A stretch of DNA of 63,921 nt, the filler included, from Reticulomyxa filosa (taxonomy: Eukaryota > Protista > Foraminifera), in the NCBI GenBank assembly GCA_000512085.1. It is 19 parts of 19 records of this genome, joined end to end, with 100 filler letters (N's around TTAATTAATTAA, not from the genome) between each part and the next. Parts side by side here need not be neighbours in the genome. Positions count along the whole stretch, not along the records: positions 52,441 to 54,529 come from ASPP01021319.1; positions 54,630 to 55,801 come from ASPP01021975.1; positions 55,902 to 61,521 come from ASPP01005563.1; positions 61,622 to 62,685 come from ASPP01013126.1; positions 62,786 to 63,921 come from ASPP01007102.1; 14 more parts are not named here. One strand, 5' to 3'. The notes under the pieces were generated by a model that was not told the DNA's origin, made no database searches, and saw only the letters and a program-made list of their open reading frames with translations. The position numbers and the translations under genes are program-made. Below are positions 52,441 to 63,921 of the stretch, piece after piece. The stretch's first letter is position 1. The number at the start of each line of letters is the position of its first letter.

Positions 52441-53400
52441 TTTTATTTTATTTAATTTTTTTAATTAAATTAAATGCGATAAAAGATTGAAAACAAGCCA
52501 TGGTGGAGTGTAGTTTACGTCATTACAAAGGGATTCAAAAATCAAAGAACAGATTTCGTAAACAAAAAACATCAAGAATTTGATGCATTAATTCACTGCA
52601 TGAAGGGAATACAAAATACTTATTCACACAATTCAAAGTATTGAACACCAATGAGATATGTATTAGTGAATAAAGAGACAAGTTCAGATGCCGATAAAGC
52701 ATATTTATTGACAAAGACATTCGCGGAGCCTCCTCAGCCTCCCGAATGGGATATGTGCCCATTGCATGGAAGAAGGCAAACATTATGAATATTCACAAGC
52801 CTGACAGAGATCATAGTCAGTGTAAGAATCATAGGCCGATTGAGACGATCCACAAGCCATTCAGTTGCAATTCAGTAACTTATGCTGTGTTATTGGAATA
52901 TCTGCAGCGTATGATAGTATTTGGAGAAATGGATTGAGGAATGTTTGCACCAAATAGATATTTCAGACTTTGCTGCAATAATTGTAATTGATCATTCATT
53001 TCACCAATGTTATCTGTAAATATCGATATCCAAAGTGTCACGCCATCAAGATGTTACTTGCAGCTGATAAGACGCAATGCATTACATCAAAATAAGAGCA
53101 AAGATGCAATTGACATTGCATTCAAACTTGAAGGAATGTGATCATGTAAAGTATCTTGGATTGTTTCTTGATTTTAACATGACTTATTCCAAGCATATTA
53201 ATTGCGTGTATGGAAAAGCTGTTAGGAAACTTGGATATTTACATACTTATGTAAGGGTGTCAGGCCAAGTTTATCCACGTATAATCTATTATATAAGACA
53301 ATCATTCGTCCGAGTCTTGAGTATGCATCGGCATTTTGGAATGGTGCAGCAGATATTCATAAGAGACGATTGGAAAAGATACAAAGGATTGCAATGTGTT
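52441..53400 (+). mobile_element. Degenerate non-LTR retrotransposon reverse transcriptase
   Basis: GYVPIAWKKANIMNIHKPDRDHSQCKNHRPI, VKYLGLFLDFNMTYSKHI and YKTIIRPSLEYASAFW. Internally deleted and frameshifted. Confidence 0.8.
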
Positions 53401-53590
53401 GAATTGACAACAAGGCAAAATATTGTAAAACAAGCACCTACTAAATAATACAATACGTTACAAAAAAGTAACCAACAAATAACATTCAAGGTTAAATATC
53501 AATCAAATTAAAATGAAAAAAATTTAACATTATCAGTTATCACCTTACAAAATTAAACAAAACAAACATAAAAATTGTTGAATCATTTTA

Positions 53591-54529
53591 TTTTTTTTTT
53601 AGTTTCAGGGCATTTGGTGTTCAGGGCCTTTTCGTTGATTTTCTGGCCTGGCTCGGAGCCGTAGGCTTCTCGCGTGTTTTTGGCACAGAGTCCGATTTTT
53701 GCCACTTCCTTTCGCTTCGGCATTTGCAACTTTTGGCTTTTTTAGTTAGCCAATGATGATGAAGGGGATGAATTTTTTTTTACACAGTCAATGTTATTTC
53801 TCAACTTCTTCGTCACAAGTGCATCAGATGGTCATAATCTTGTGTTGGCATACAAATCATTTGCCAGTAATCAACTGACAAATAATCTTGCGTTTACTAA
53901 ATGTCAATGAATGCAATACAATCTTTTCAAATGATTGAGCCTCCGTCAGGTTAGATAGAAAATATTGTGGCATTGTATGTCTATTCCATTGCTCCATGAC
54001 TATTCAGGAATGCCGCTGATTTATGCTGTTGACTCAAATCTGGCTGCAATTGCTGGGCTTTCTTGTGACATTATTTCAACAAGTACTTTATCATTTCCAG
54101 GTATACCAGAGTGACCTTTAACCCAATAGATCTCTGGAACATTATACTCATTAAATGATCTCAATATCTTCTGACAATCAATAATTGGCAATTTATAGAT
54201 GTCAGAATCCCATTTATTGAGTATCACATTGATCACGAACTTGCAATCAGTGAGAATAATCACTCATCCCCAATGGAATCTGTAATGATTATTCACATAT
54301 TCCAATGCGAGTCTCATTGCTTCGATCTCTGATCCAATGTTATTGATTGGATATTCAAATTCCAGCCATTGTGGCAGACATGGATCCTGAATGACAAGTC
54401 CTGCACCTCCAATTCCAGGATTTGTGAACGTATTTCCATCACAAAATATCACAATGCAATCAAAATCCAACGATAACAAAATTTCATCTGATGTGAATCT
54501 GGTTCAACTGTCGGCATTCCAACATCAAC
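53591..54529 (-). mobile_element. 3' part of RNase H-bearing LINE with structured 3' UTR and A-tail
   Basis: RNase H motifs IFCDG..NPGIGGAG, EIEAMRLAL, IILTDCKFV, YWVKGHSGIPGN. GC-richer tail 53600-53730 ends in an A-run on the minus strand. Confidence 0.75.
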
Positions 54530-54779
54530 NNNNNNNNNNNNNNNNNNNNNNNNNNNNNNNNNNNNNNNNNNNNTTAATTAATTAANNNNNNNNNNNNNNN
54601 NNNNNNNNNNNNNNNNNNNNNNNNNNNNNGACATGACTGAACATAGTAATTGGTGTTTTTGACAGTGCCTTCCCCACTTTGCCACCGTTGGACGTTAACC
54701 ATACTCTTCAGAGAATGAAGACCTTTACATTTTTGAAAAAGAACAAACCGGACCATTGCAAACAACAATGTCTTAGATG

Positions 54780-54930
54780 CAGATCTAGAACATTATCACA
54801 TTGCTTTTTTTAAAAAGAATTTAGAGGGATCTATTAGAGCCGATCCCTTAGGACTCTTCCACCACAAACTCTAGCAGTCCTAGATGCGATTGCAGGAGTT
54901 CCTCCAATATAAAATTAGCGATTACTCATC
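54780..54930 (+). mobile_element. Possible LINE post-RT remnant
   Basis: LRTLPPQTLAVLDAIAGVPPI*N*R resembles the RT.P..aL...aG.pP...R linker of non-LTR ORF2. Confidence 0.35.
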
Positions 54931-55260
54931 AGAGCAAGCTCCGGCTTCACTATTTACTAAAAGCCTGCTAAAGGCTATAATGAAAGAGGGCATCTCCTAT
55001 TATATGTCTCATGAAGAAACATATCGTTGGAGATGCTCAAAAATATATTAAACAGGCTACCATGCCATGTGAGGTGCATGGTCTGACCTGACGGTCTTTC
55101 ATGGTGCCAATATTTTGTTGCATATCATTTGGGCGGTATCCTACGGAGTCTCAAGACAACAAATAAAATTGTTTTCTTTTTCTTTCCTAATTTTAAATAG
55201 TTTTGAAATAAAATAAAATTTACAAAAGCAATTACGTTTTTTTTTTCAATAAGATACATA

Positions 55261-55546
55261 TTAAAAAGACCAACAGCAAAAAAAAGCGACCATAACAGGC
55301 TTGTGTGCGTGTGTGTTTGAACATGTCAATGACAATATTATCCCAATCTGTAACAAAGAGCGAATTGGCATCGCCAGCATAAAACTGTTCTGCACGATAC
55401 CGTTCAACAATGCTAGGAATACCAATAACATCAGACATAAATTCAATCCACATACTGCCGCCACTAACAAATCCGTTTCAAATGTTGGATCGTCTACCGC
55501 TTCGTGGTGTTCTCTTTTGATGAATGGATTTGCTCCCTTCGCCCTC
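55261..55546 (-). CDS. Membrane protein exon (hypothetical)
   Basis: Two hydrophobic helices following an A-run acceptor. Confidence 0.3.
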
Positions 55547-55901
55547 CCTTTTTTTTTTTTACCCTTTTGTTTAACCCTTTTTTTTTCTTCCAGTTCGAAG
55601 TAATAGCCCAAACTAAAGTAATATTAACAAAAAAAAATTAACAAACGCATACTGCCACAAACTGAGCTCTAATCTATTCCTAAATATTTATAAACTTTCT
55701 ATCCTTTCCATTGCGCAGTTTAAATAAAAAATAGCATTTCTAAGAAATTGCAAAACATCGAATTAACATGATCAAAGAAAGGACAAAAAAACTTTTCAGT
55801 TNNNNNNNNNNNNNNNNNNNNNNNNNNNNNNNNNNNNNNNNNNNNTTAATTAATTAANNNNNNNNNNNNNNNNNNNNNNNNNNNNNNNNNNNNNNNNNNN
55901 N

Positions 55902-56070
55902 GATTGCTACATGCTCAAATGACAAAACGATTCGAGTGTGGGATATGCAAACAGGAAGAGAACTCCAAAGATTAGTTCATTCAAATTGTGTAACAGGAAT
56001 AGATATTTCATCCGATGGTCAAACTATTGTATCATGTGACAAAGATGGAAGAATTCAACTGTGGGAATAA
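55902..56070 (+). CDS. C-terminal WD40 repeats (partial gene)
   Basis: IATCSNDKTIRVWDMQTG...ISSDGQTIVSCDKDGRIQLWE*. Confidence 0.75.
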
Positions 56071-56905
56071 ATACAAGATATTAAGAACAACTGCTATTAT
56101 CATTGTCATTTTTTCTTTTTTGGGGTGAGTATTTCTAGATTATTGGTTTATTATTAAACTAGCCAGTAAACTTAAACACTATTCAAATGCTCCAACTCTT
56201 TTTCATTTTCACAAAAAAAAAAATCGAATAAAATGGTAATTAAACACTTCACTGATGATAGGCTTCAATAACAACTGATAAGTCCAGAGTTTATATTATC
56301 TGTTTTCTTTAAATTATTTAATTGTTAACACTGTTTGTGCAATGAGATACAAAAAAAGCTTAAAATGCATGTGAAGCTATCACATTTTTCAAAATTAATT
56401 GAAGGAACAAATAGTTTTGGATGATATAATTCACTTTCCAAAATTCAGCGATTGTACATTCTTTAATGAAGAAAGTATATGACGAATACAAAGTGTAATA
56501 TGAAAATCACTCTTTTGAGCAATTTGCAATAGAAAGCAATAATTACAAGCGAGTTTTGAGGAAAAGGATCTCACGTTACAAACGGAACTTCTTTACAGTT
56601 ACTGGAGCTTTGTCTGGACATACGCGTCATTTTATAATTTTAGTGCATTCAATACTTGATTCATTCACATCAGCAACAAAAAAAATAAATTGGTTTTGTC
56701 TATCCAACACGCTGTTTCAAAACCGTTAATTAATGGTAATTTCGAAAGATATTGGTAGATTTAATTAATCTAATTATTTTCACCAATCTTGGATGTTCTG
56801 CTAACGTACTATTACTGAGAAGGTTGGCCAGGTTTTTTTTGATTATATTTTTTTTGTTAGTATCTCAAACTGTAAATTATCTTGAAAAACCAACCAATCA
56901 AAATT

Positions 56906-57945
56906 ATGGAAATATCTGACGGGATATGCCTTGCACAGTTCTTGGTTATTATAGTCATTCTAAGCGCGATTGATTATGTTGAGCGCAAAAGAAAAGACAT
57001 TGCCAACCGAAAGTCAAGAAGGGCAAACGACCCAAAATGGCTAGGAGAAGACTATTGCTTCTTTTTGTTCATGACAGTGACTTTAGTCCCTCTTGCTGTC
57101 TTTTTAATTTTGTCAATGAGATTAGGGCACTCTAAATTGTTTCATGCATTTTGGACTACATTATTGAATATCGTATTCATGTGTGATTTGGAGTGGTTGA
57201 GTGGACGAACTGCGACTTATTTGATGACAAAATATTTTAAAGAAATAAACCCTTTAGGCGTGTCTTAAGAAAACAAAAAATTTGTCTATAAATATGAACT
57301 ACATAAAATACATTGAAACGTAATATATAATATGCATAATATGTACTCAAAGGTACTAAAATCGAGATACTAACATTTCCCTTATTTATAATAAATCATG
57401 TGTATTACATGGTGAGTCTATTTGGTCATGATGTGCCAAAGTACTCATTTAACATCTATTGGTACATAATGATCGGTTTGTATATATTTGTATTTGTGAT
57501 TCTCGATGCTCAACTTTATTATGAAAGTATTAGCTATTCATTAGGCCCACATTGCTTATCTGCACAACTTAGAGGTTTTGAAGGTTTGACAAAATTCATT
57601 GTTCGGCATTTTGCTCGTGATTTATTGCAATGCGTCGTATTTGCATTGTATTTATATTGGAATCCTACCTATTCTTCCAATAATTACGGATACGTATTTG
57701 CTGCGATCGAATTGTGGTATCTCACATTATTTGTTTTGGCTCATAGTGGATATTTATTGCCACGATGTAAGCCCCCTCTCATCAATTGCTACATGCGTCA
57801 AATGGAACGTCTATATAATAGGACAAAACTTTACCATGATACTCATCCTCAACGCCCTGCTACCATTCGTATCGCACCTGTTCAACCTAAGACTTTAAAT
57901 ACTACGGACATACCAATTATTGAAACCACTAATACTCAGAACTAA
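56906..57945 (+). CDS. Two-exon multi-pass membrane protein
   Basis: Hydrophobic ORFs 56882-57268 and 57400-57945 separated by an AT-rich intron; about 6-7 TM segments. Confidence 0.5.
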
Positions 57946-58401
57946 ACGTCTTATTCCTGCTGATTCCATGAAGATTGCATTGAAAAAACAAATTTCTCAG
58001 AGTTATCTTTTGAATTGCTCTATTTGGATGGAAGATAGGATTATTGTCACTCATTTTAAACTTTTCAATGCTCACCTTCTTCTTGTCAGTAGTAATTGAA
58101 GATTTTAATATTTTTGCATGGCCTTTTTGTAAATATGTAAAATTTACCCAGTTTGGAGATTTTTGAGGGAGATCAAGAAAAATTTTGTGAACTTCAACTT
58201 CAAAAATTAATTTGGGTTGCTACATTTGTTTAAACACATCAAAATAAAGAGACACAAAACAAGGAGGTTTTAAAAAAAAAGGATTTAAACTCGATTTTTT
58301 CCCATTCTAAACACTTGGAAATTTGATGTAAATATGACAGCATGAAAAAACGAAGCATCATCAAATTTCAAAAAAAGAGAGAAAAAACATATATTTGAAA
58401 A

Positions 58402-61400
58402 TTATTTTTGTTTTACTCCAATTCTCAGCTTCCTCTCGCCTCTTTGGCTTAAGACCACAATAAGATAGACACCTGCAAGTGTTATATTTAATTTTTGAAG
58501 AACATTAGTGTCGAAAATTACTTCTTTGCCATACTCAGAATCGTTATAACCGCAACCAAAATAGGGATTGGTTGGATTGAGAGTCAAACGAAATTTTAAC
58601 ATCGTTCCAGAAACAATGGGTATACCTAAACAAGTACTTATTTGCTTATTGGAATGATACGCCCGTCCATTGTACGCAACCGAAAAGAATCGACTATTGG
58701 CGGGTGGAATTTCAGTAAGCTTTAGTGATGCTAAATCTTCAGCAGGAAGAATACCAATGCACCAAAATCCTATTGATTCGGTCGTTTGAACTTTCACGAA
58801 AAAATCTAATGACTCGGTATTTGCTGTTATCTAGGCCCCGATTTGAATATGACAATTTTTGTGTATGTGTTAAAAATTCAAAATGAGGTGACGACAAAAA
58901 AAAGTCCCTTTTTTTTTTGAGATAAAAAACTCCAGTGTCAGCAACAACAATGGCCGGTGCAGTGACAACGACAACTCCATCATCAAAAAAACGAGTTGCA
59001 TTTGGATTGAAGTTTCGTGTGTGTTCTCGATGCCATTGCAGTTTTGTTACATCACGTGACAGATCCACCAGTGGCAGGGGAGGAGTGGAATTCTTCTCTG
59101 TTCCTGTCGTTGAAACATTATTGTTCCCTGTCTTATTATTGTCACTTGTATTATTATTATTGGCTATGTCACTATTATTTTTGTTGTTAGTAAGTGTTTC
59201 CGATATTGGATTGATTGGCACGACGGATTGACCATCGAGAAAGAAATTGGCGAAATTATGTTGACCAGGATGTGCAGCAATCCATTGTTCTTTGTTGGGA
59301 GAAGCCATAAGCAGTGACATGGATCGATTGTTATGCAAGAAGTAGGAGGCATGTTTGGGACTTGCATTTAATGGAAAGCCCATTCCAACGGAGGCAGATC
59401 TCTGTGACGGCTTACTTTGATCAAATCCGTGCACATTGGGCGGAAACTGTTGAAACGACGAAAGACCATAGTCCACGTTGCCGGAAGGGCCCACATACTC
59501 ATTGCTATTCATATTTGCGGAGCCATTGGGATAGGGCTGCATTCCACTGATATTGTGCAACAAGAGGGTGGAGGAAGGTGCTCCCGTGGCGTTGCCATTT
59601 GATATAAAGTGTCGTGAAGTCGGCCAAGAGACGGGAGCATTGGTCGGGTTTGACAAGGATTGAGATGGGTGATGGAAAGTATTGACAACACTGTAATGTC
59701 TAGCATAATCGAGAGGCTGTTGTGACGATCCCATTCGATTTTGTGCCTGCATTTGCATCTCCAAAGCAGGATGCAAACGCGGAGGACTCTCTTCTCTATT
59801 CGCCGCTTCATTACTCATATCAATACTATCATGCTTTAGAAATCCGCTTTCATAACCTGTTGAATGGCCGGATGCAGTACTTGGTTTGGGTTTTTCGATT
59901 TTTATCGATGTCAAACTTGGCATTTGGGGTAACTCTATTTTAAAGTCTATATCGGAAATAGTCGATTCCTCTGAGATTTTACCGCGAGCTTATTTAACAT
60001 GAACAAACAAAAACATCTCTTTTTGGTTTGTGTGTTGATACGCACATATCAACATGCATAGTTATTACCTGCATTAATCATATCAGTGGCCTCAGGATGT
60101 TGACCTTGTTCTGCCTTTTTATTTGCCTAAGTTTTTTGTTTCAAAAGAAAGCATATGACATAAGAACGTACGTAGCATTGAAATATATTGTATGTAATGC
60201 AAAACTTGAAGAAGTGTTTGTGACATTTCTCGAATTAATTTCTGAAATTCGGAATCGAATTGTTCCAACTTGGAGTCCATCTCCTTGTACACACGATCAA
60301 CAGTGGAATGCGACACTCGCTTCCATTGATCACATTCTTGTTGCAATACTTCATAGTAGTTTTCAATCTTCAATTCCCATTGTTGCTTTTGGGTCGGCCA
60401 TTCCTTTTCGTTTTCCAAATCAAACTTTTCGATTTGTTGGTCCAATTGTTTTATCACACGTTCAAGTTCTTTCACGTTGTACGCCAAGCCTTCTTCCAAT
60501 GTCGAGTTTTCTTTTGTTCCATTGTTCTTGTCTGCATTACTATTTTCTTCCTCCTCGTCATCATCCTTGTCTTTATTTTTGCGTTTTTGCGATTTTCCTT
60601 CATTTTTTTTATCGTTGGCAGCGAGACGACCCGAGTTTTGCCGTTTGTAAGATGGTCTTTTTTTAAAGGCTTTTTTCATTTGCGATTTCTTTTTCTTCAT
60701 TGTTTGCAGTTTTTTATTTCCATTTTTTGATTTTTTATTACTTTTTTTTTTTTTCGATCGTTTCTCGAGTTTGTTCCCTTTTTGTTGTGATAGAGCCTCG
60801 GAATCGGATAAATCGGATATTGGAGACGTTTCGTCCGTTTGTTTTTGTTTCGCTCCTGTTCTCTCTTTGTTGTCCATATCATCATCCGCACTGTAATCCC
60901 CATTGCTACTGTCATCACTCTCTTCCGCCTCTCCATCAACTTCGTTTTCTTCCTCGTTATCGTCATTGTCGTCGTTGTCTGCGTTGCCATCATCTTCATC
61001 GTCATCCTCGTTCTCGTTTTCATTGTCCTCATCGCGATTGTCACTGGTTGGGGAAGTCAAGGAAGTTAATTCTTTGGCCTCGCTATCGGTTTCATTTTCC
61101 GATTGCTTGACCTCATTTTCTTCTTCTTCTTCTTCCTCTTCCTCCTCTTCTTCCTCTTCTTCTTCCTCCTCCTCTTCCTCTTCTTCATCTTCCACTTTAT
61201 ATTTGCCTCCATTGTCATTATCTTGTCCACTCTCGTTATCATTATCTCCATCATTACTTTCGCTCGTGGCTTGGTTCTCATTTTCGTCCTCTGTTGTGTG
61301 ATATATGATAACTCATTTTTCCATGTTATAACAAAAGAAAGGAAAGCAAAGGAAGAATAGATTTGAAAGACAAGCATAGGCCAACATACCCACAGCTCCC

Positions 61401-61521
61401 ATGAATGGATCATAATCACTTCCACTGTCCATTTGATTTTCTTCGTTTTGTGCATCACTTTCTTCCTCTTCATCATCATCATCATCTTCTTGTTCTTGTT
61501 CTTGTTCTTGTTCTTGTTCTT
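58402..61521 (-). CDS. Large acidic/coiled-coil/low-complexity protein with C-terminal SPRY-like domain (5' truncated)
   Basis: In-frame splicing TLLQ|ANKK...MINA|ARGKISEES and ADTG|ITANTESLDFFVKV. SPRY-like FWCIGILP...YNGRAYH...SGTMLKFRL. Confidence 0.6.
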
Positions 61522-61621
61522 NNNNNNNNNNNNNNNNNNNNNNNNNNNNNNNNNNNNNNNNNNNNTTAATTAATTAANNNNNNNNNNNNNNNNNNNNNNN
61601 NNNNNNNNNNNNNNNNNNNNN

Positions 61622-62600
61622 AAAAAAAAAAAAAAAAAAGTGTCATACAAAAATCGAATATTTAAAACTTGGTTGTTTTGAAGGTAGTGGAGTAGGAACA
61701 AGAGAAGGTAATTTGGTAGGAGAATTGGAAGGATGTTTAGAAGGTTGTTTGGAAGGATGTTTAGTAGGTGGTTTGGTAGGGAATTTGGTAGGTGGTTTAG
61801 TGGGTGGTTTGGTAGGAGATTTGGTGGGTGGTTTGGTCGGCAATTTGGTAGGATTTTTTGTGGGAGACGCACTTGGTCGTGGTGTGGTCGGAAGTTTGGT
61901 AGGGAATTTGGTTGGAGATTTGGTCGGGAATTTGGTTGGGAATTTGGTCGGAAATTTGGTCGGGAATTTGGTCGGGCCTTCAGTCGGCTGTGTTGGACTT
62001 GAGGTTGGATGAAGGGTCGGTTGTTTGGTCGGAGATTTGGTGGGTATTCCAGTCGGCAGTGTTGGACTTAAGGTTGGATGAGGAGTCGGTGGCTTGGTTG
62101 GAGATTTGGTAGGCTGTTTGGTCGGATGTAAGGTCGGGTGTTTGGTGGGTTGTTTGGTGGGCTGTTTGCTCGGGTGTGTGGTCGGGTGATTGGTTGGGTG
62201 CTTTGTCGGTTGTTTGGTTGGCAGCACTGTTGGATGCTTAGAAGGGTATGTGGTTGGATTGTGAGTAGGACGTGGCGTTGGAGACGACGAAGGAGCAGAG
62301 GATGGGTTTGTCGTGGGCTGAGTTGGAGCACCCGTTGGACCAGGCGAGGGGACATTCGTCGGCGCTTTAGTGGGATGCACTGTCGGTATGGTGGGCACAT
62401 GAGTCGGTGCTTTTGTGGGGTGATGAGATGGGTGGAAAGTGGGCTGCACCGTTGGCATTTTCGTTGGATGCTTTGTTGGAGTTTTCGACGGAACACCCGT
62501 CGGTCTTTTCGTTGGACGAGACGTTGGCCTTTTTGACGGAGGGGTTGTTGGTCGTTTGGTTGGCTTTTTCGTTGGCTTCTTTGTGGTTGGATTCTCTATT
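61622..62600 (-). CDS. PT-repeat (PTxx) mucin/extensin-like protein exon
   Basis: About 300 aa of PTKxPT tandem repeats. Confidence 0.75.
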
Positions 62601-62785
62601 TTTTTTTTTTTTTTTTTTGGTTTCATTTTCGTATGTTCAATGTAGTATTCTTCTATATGCATGTGCGTCTTTCCCTTTTTTTTTTNNNNNNNNNNNNNNN
62701 NNNNNNNNNNNNNNNNNNNNNNNNNNNNNTTAATTAATTAANNNNNNNNNNNNNNNNNNNNNNNNNNNNNNNNNNNNNNNNNNNN

Positions 62786-63921
62786 GGATTGGCAGGAGCA
62801 GTGGACAAGCCGCTTAGCAGCGACGAAGATGGGGAAGACAACAGGACAGAAGCCGAGCGTCTGCATATGGATCTGAGTCGAATGAAAATCAAACATTACG
62901 GATACCGCCAACTTTTGGAACATTTCAAGAACGATCGAATTCATTTGTGGGAACAAATTGAGGAATTGGTTGAAATCAATTCGCAATTGTCGCATAACAT
63001 TCAAGAAATGACAGAACAAACCAGTTGTTTTATTGATTTATTTATTTAATGTATTTATTTACTTATTATTTTAATCGTTTTGAAATTTTTCTCAAAAAAA
63101 AAAAATGAAAGAATCAAACAAAACGTAAATAAAATAGGAGACGCCAACTTGCAACAACAAGAACTGCTTGATAAAGAAAAGGAACTACATCAACATCAAG
63201 TAATAATTGATAACAATGCAAAAGAAATGAGCACATTGTCCGCACAAGTGGAACGACAAGCGCAAGCATATCAAACATTGGAACAGCAAATGTGTCGCCT
63301 GCACAATGACATCCACTCGTACGTGGACGACGTGAAATGGTATTACGCGCATTTGCTGAGTGTCATGACCGATTCGTATACCCGCGTTTGTCAAGCGTTG
63401 ACTCAGTCCCATTCCAATCATTTGGCGACCACGAGTGACAGTGATCATCCATTATCTTCATCTTCGTCCTCGTCTTCGTCTTCATTCTTCCCTCTTTCCT
63501 CACAATCGCAACAATGGCAAGCCAAATCCGTCCAAGACAAGCGCAGCTCAATGGAATGGATACTCAAGTACGTAGAAGACAGTGAAACGTTGCCAATGTT
63601 CGATTGTGTGTACGAAAAACACGACTGGGGGCACAACCTCAAAGTGCAGTCGCTGCCGAACAGAGGTGCCACCTCTCATCACATTGCCGGTCATTATTCT
63701 CATCACAGAGAGTTTGTTTTGCCGCCGATCATTCATCAGTTTCAGCAACTGTTGCAACAATTGCTCCATCAGGTCGTGTCGACGAAAGCCAAATCGACCA
63801 AGTCTCACACGACAGAGGACAAACCACTTTTTCCTTTTCAACCCATCTCAACTCCAATGCAACAACTTCTTCAAAAAGTTTATTATTATCATTATTTTTT
63901 TTTTTTTTTTTTTTTTTTTTA
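62786..63921 (+). CDS. Coiled-coil hypothetical protein (partial)
   Basis: Exon 62786-63024 and a long open exon from about 63139 with heptad repeats and poly-Ser. Confidence 0.5.

Noticed and set aside
52441-54529. One twin-primed (5'-inverted) LINE insertion
   Set aside because: The inverted RT piece lies beyond the A-tail, not 5' of the RNase H part.

Overview
This window is 19 short eukaryotic contigs joined by 18 artificial 100-bp spacers (N-run + TTAATTAATTAA + N-run), so adjacency across a spacer has no biological meaning. The DNA is AT-rich and intron-rich, with expanded WD40, Kelch-like and TRAF-zinc-finger families and PT-repeat proteins. This pattern resembles a rhizarian (foraminiferan) genome such as Reticulomyxa filosa; that assignment is inference from recognised families, not a search. 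Recognisable genes: WDR70, an EF-hand MscS channel, a PB1-ZZ-ZZ-UBA (NBR1/p62-like) receptor, a Rab1-like GTPase, NFX1-like, DAP1-like, a SAM/TLDc protein, a voltage-gated channel fragment, a RING-IBR protein and a CCT5 pseudogene fragment. Most notable observations: (1) an exactly 99-nt, phase 0-0 exon encoding a conserved 33-aa 'box', found between different N-terminal modules and WD40 propellers in three genes; (2) a spliced 7-TM protein fused to a degenerate HAD-like domain; (3) many introns whose 3' splice site is an A-run plus G instead of a pyrimidine tract; (4) a ~220-bp TG..CA solo-LTR family with 4-bp target-site duplications, one copy nested in a TIR/MITE-like repeat. All splice models were derived by hand.
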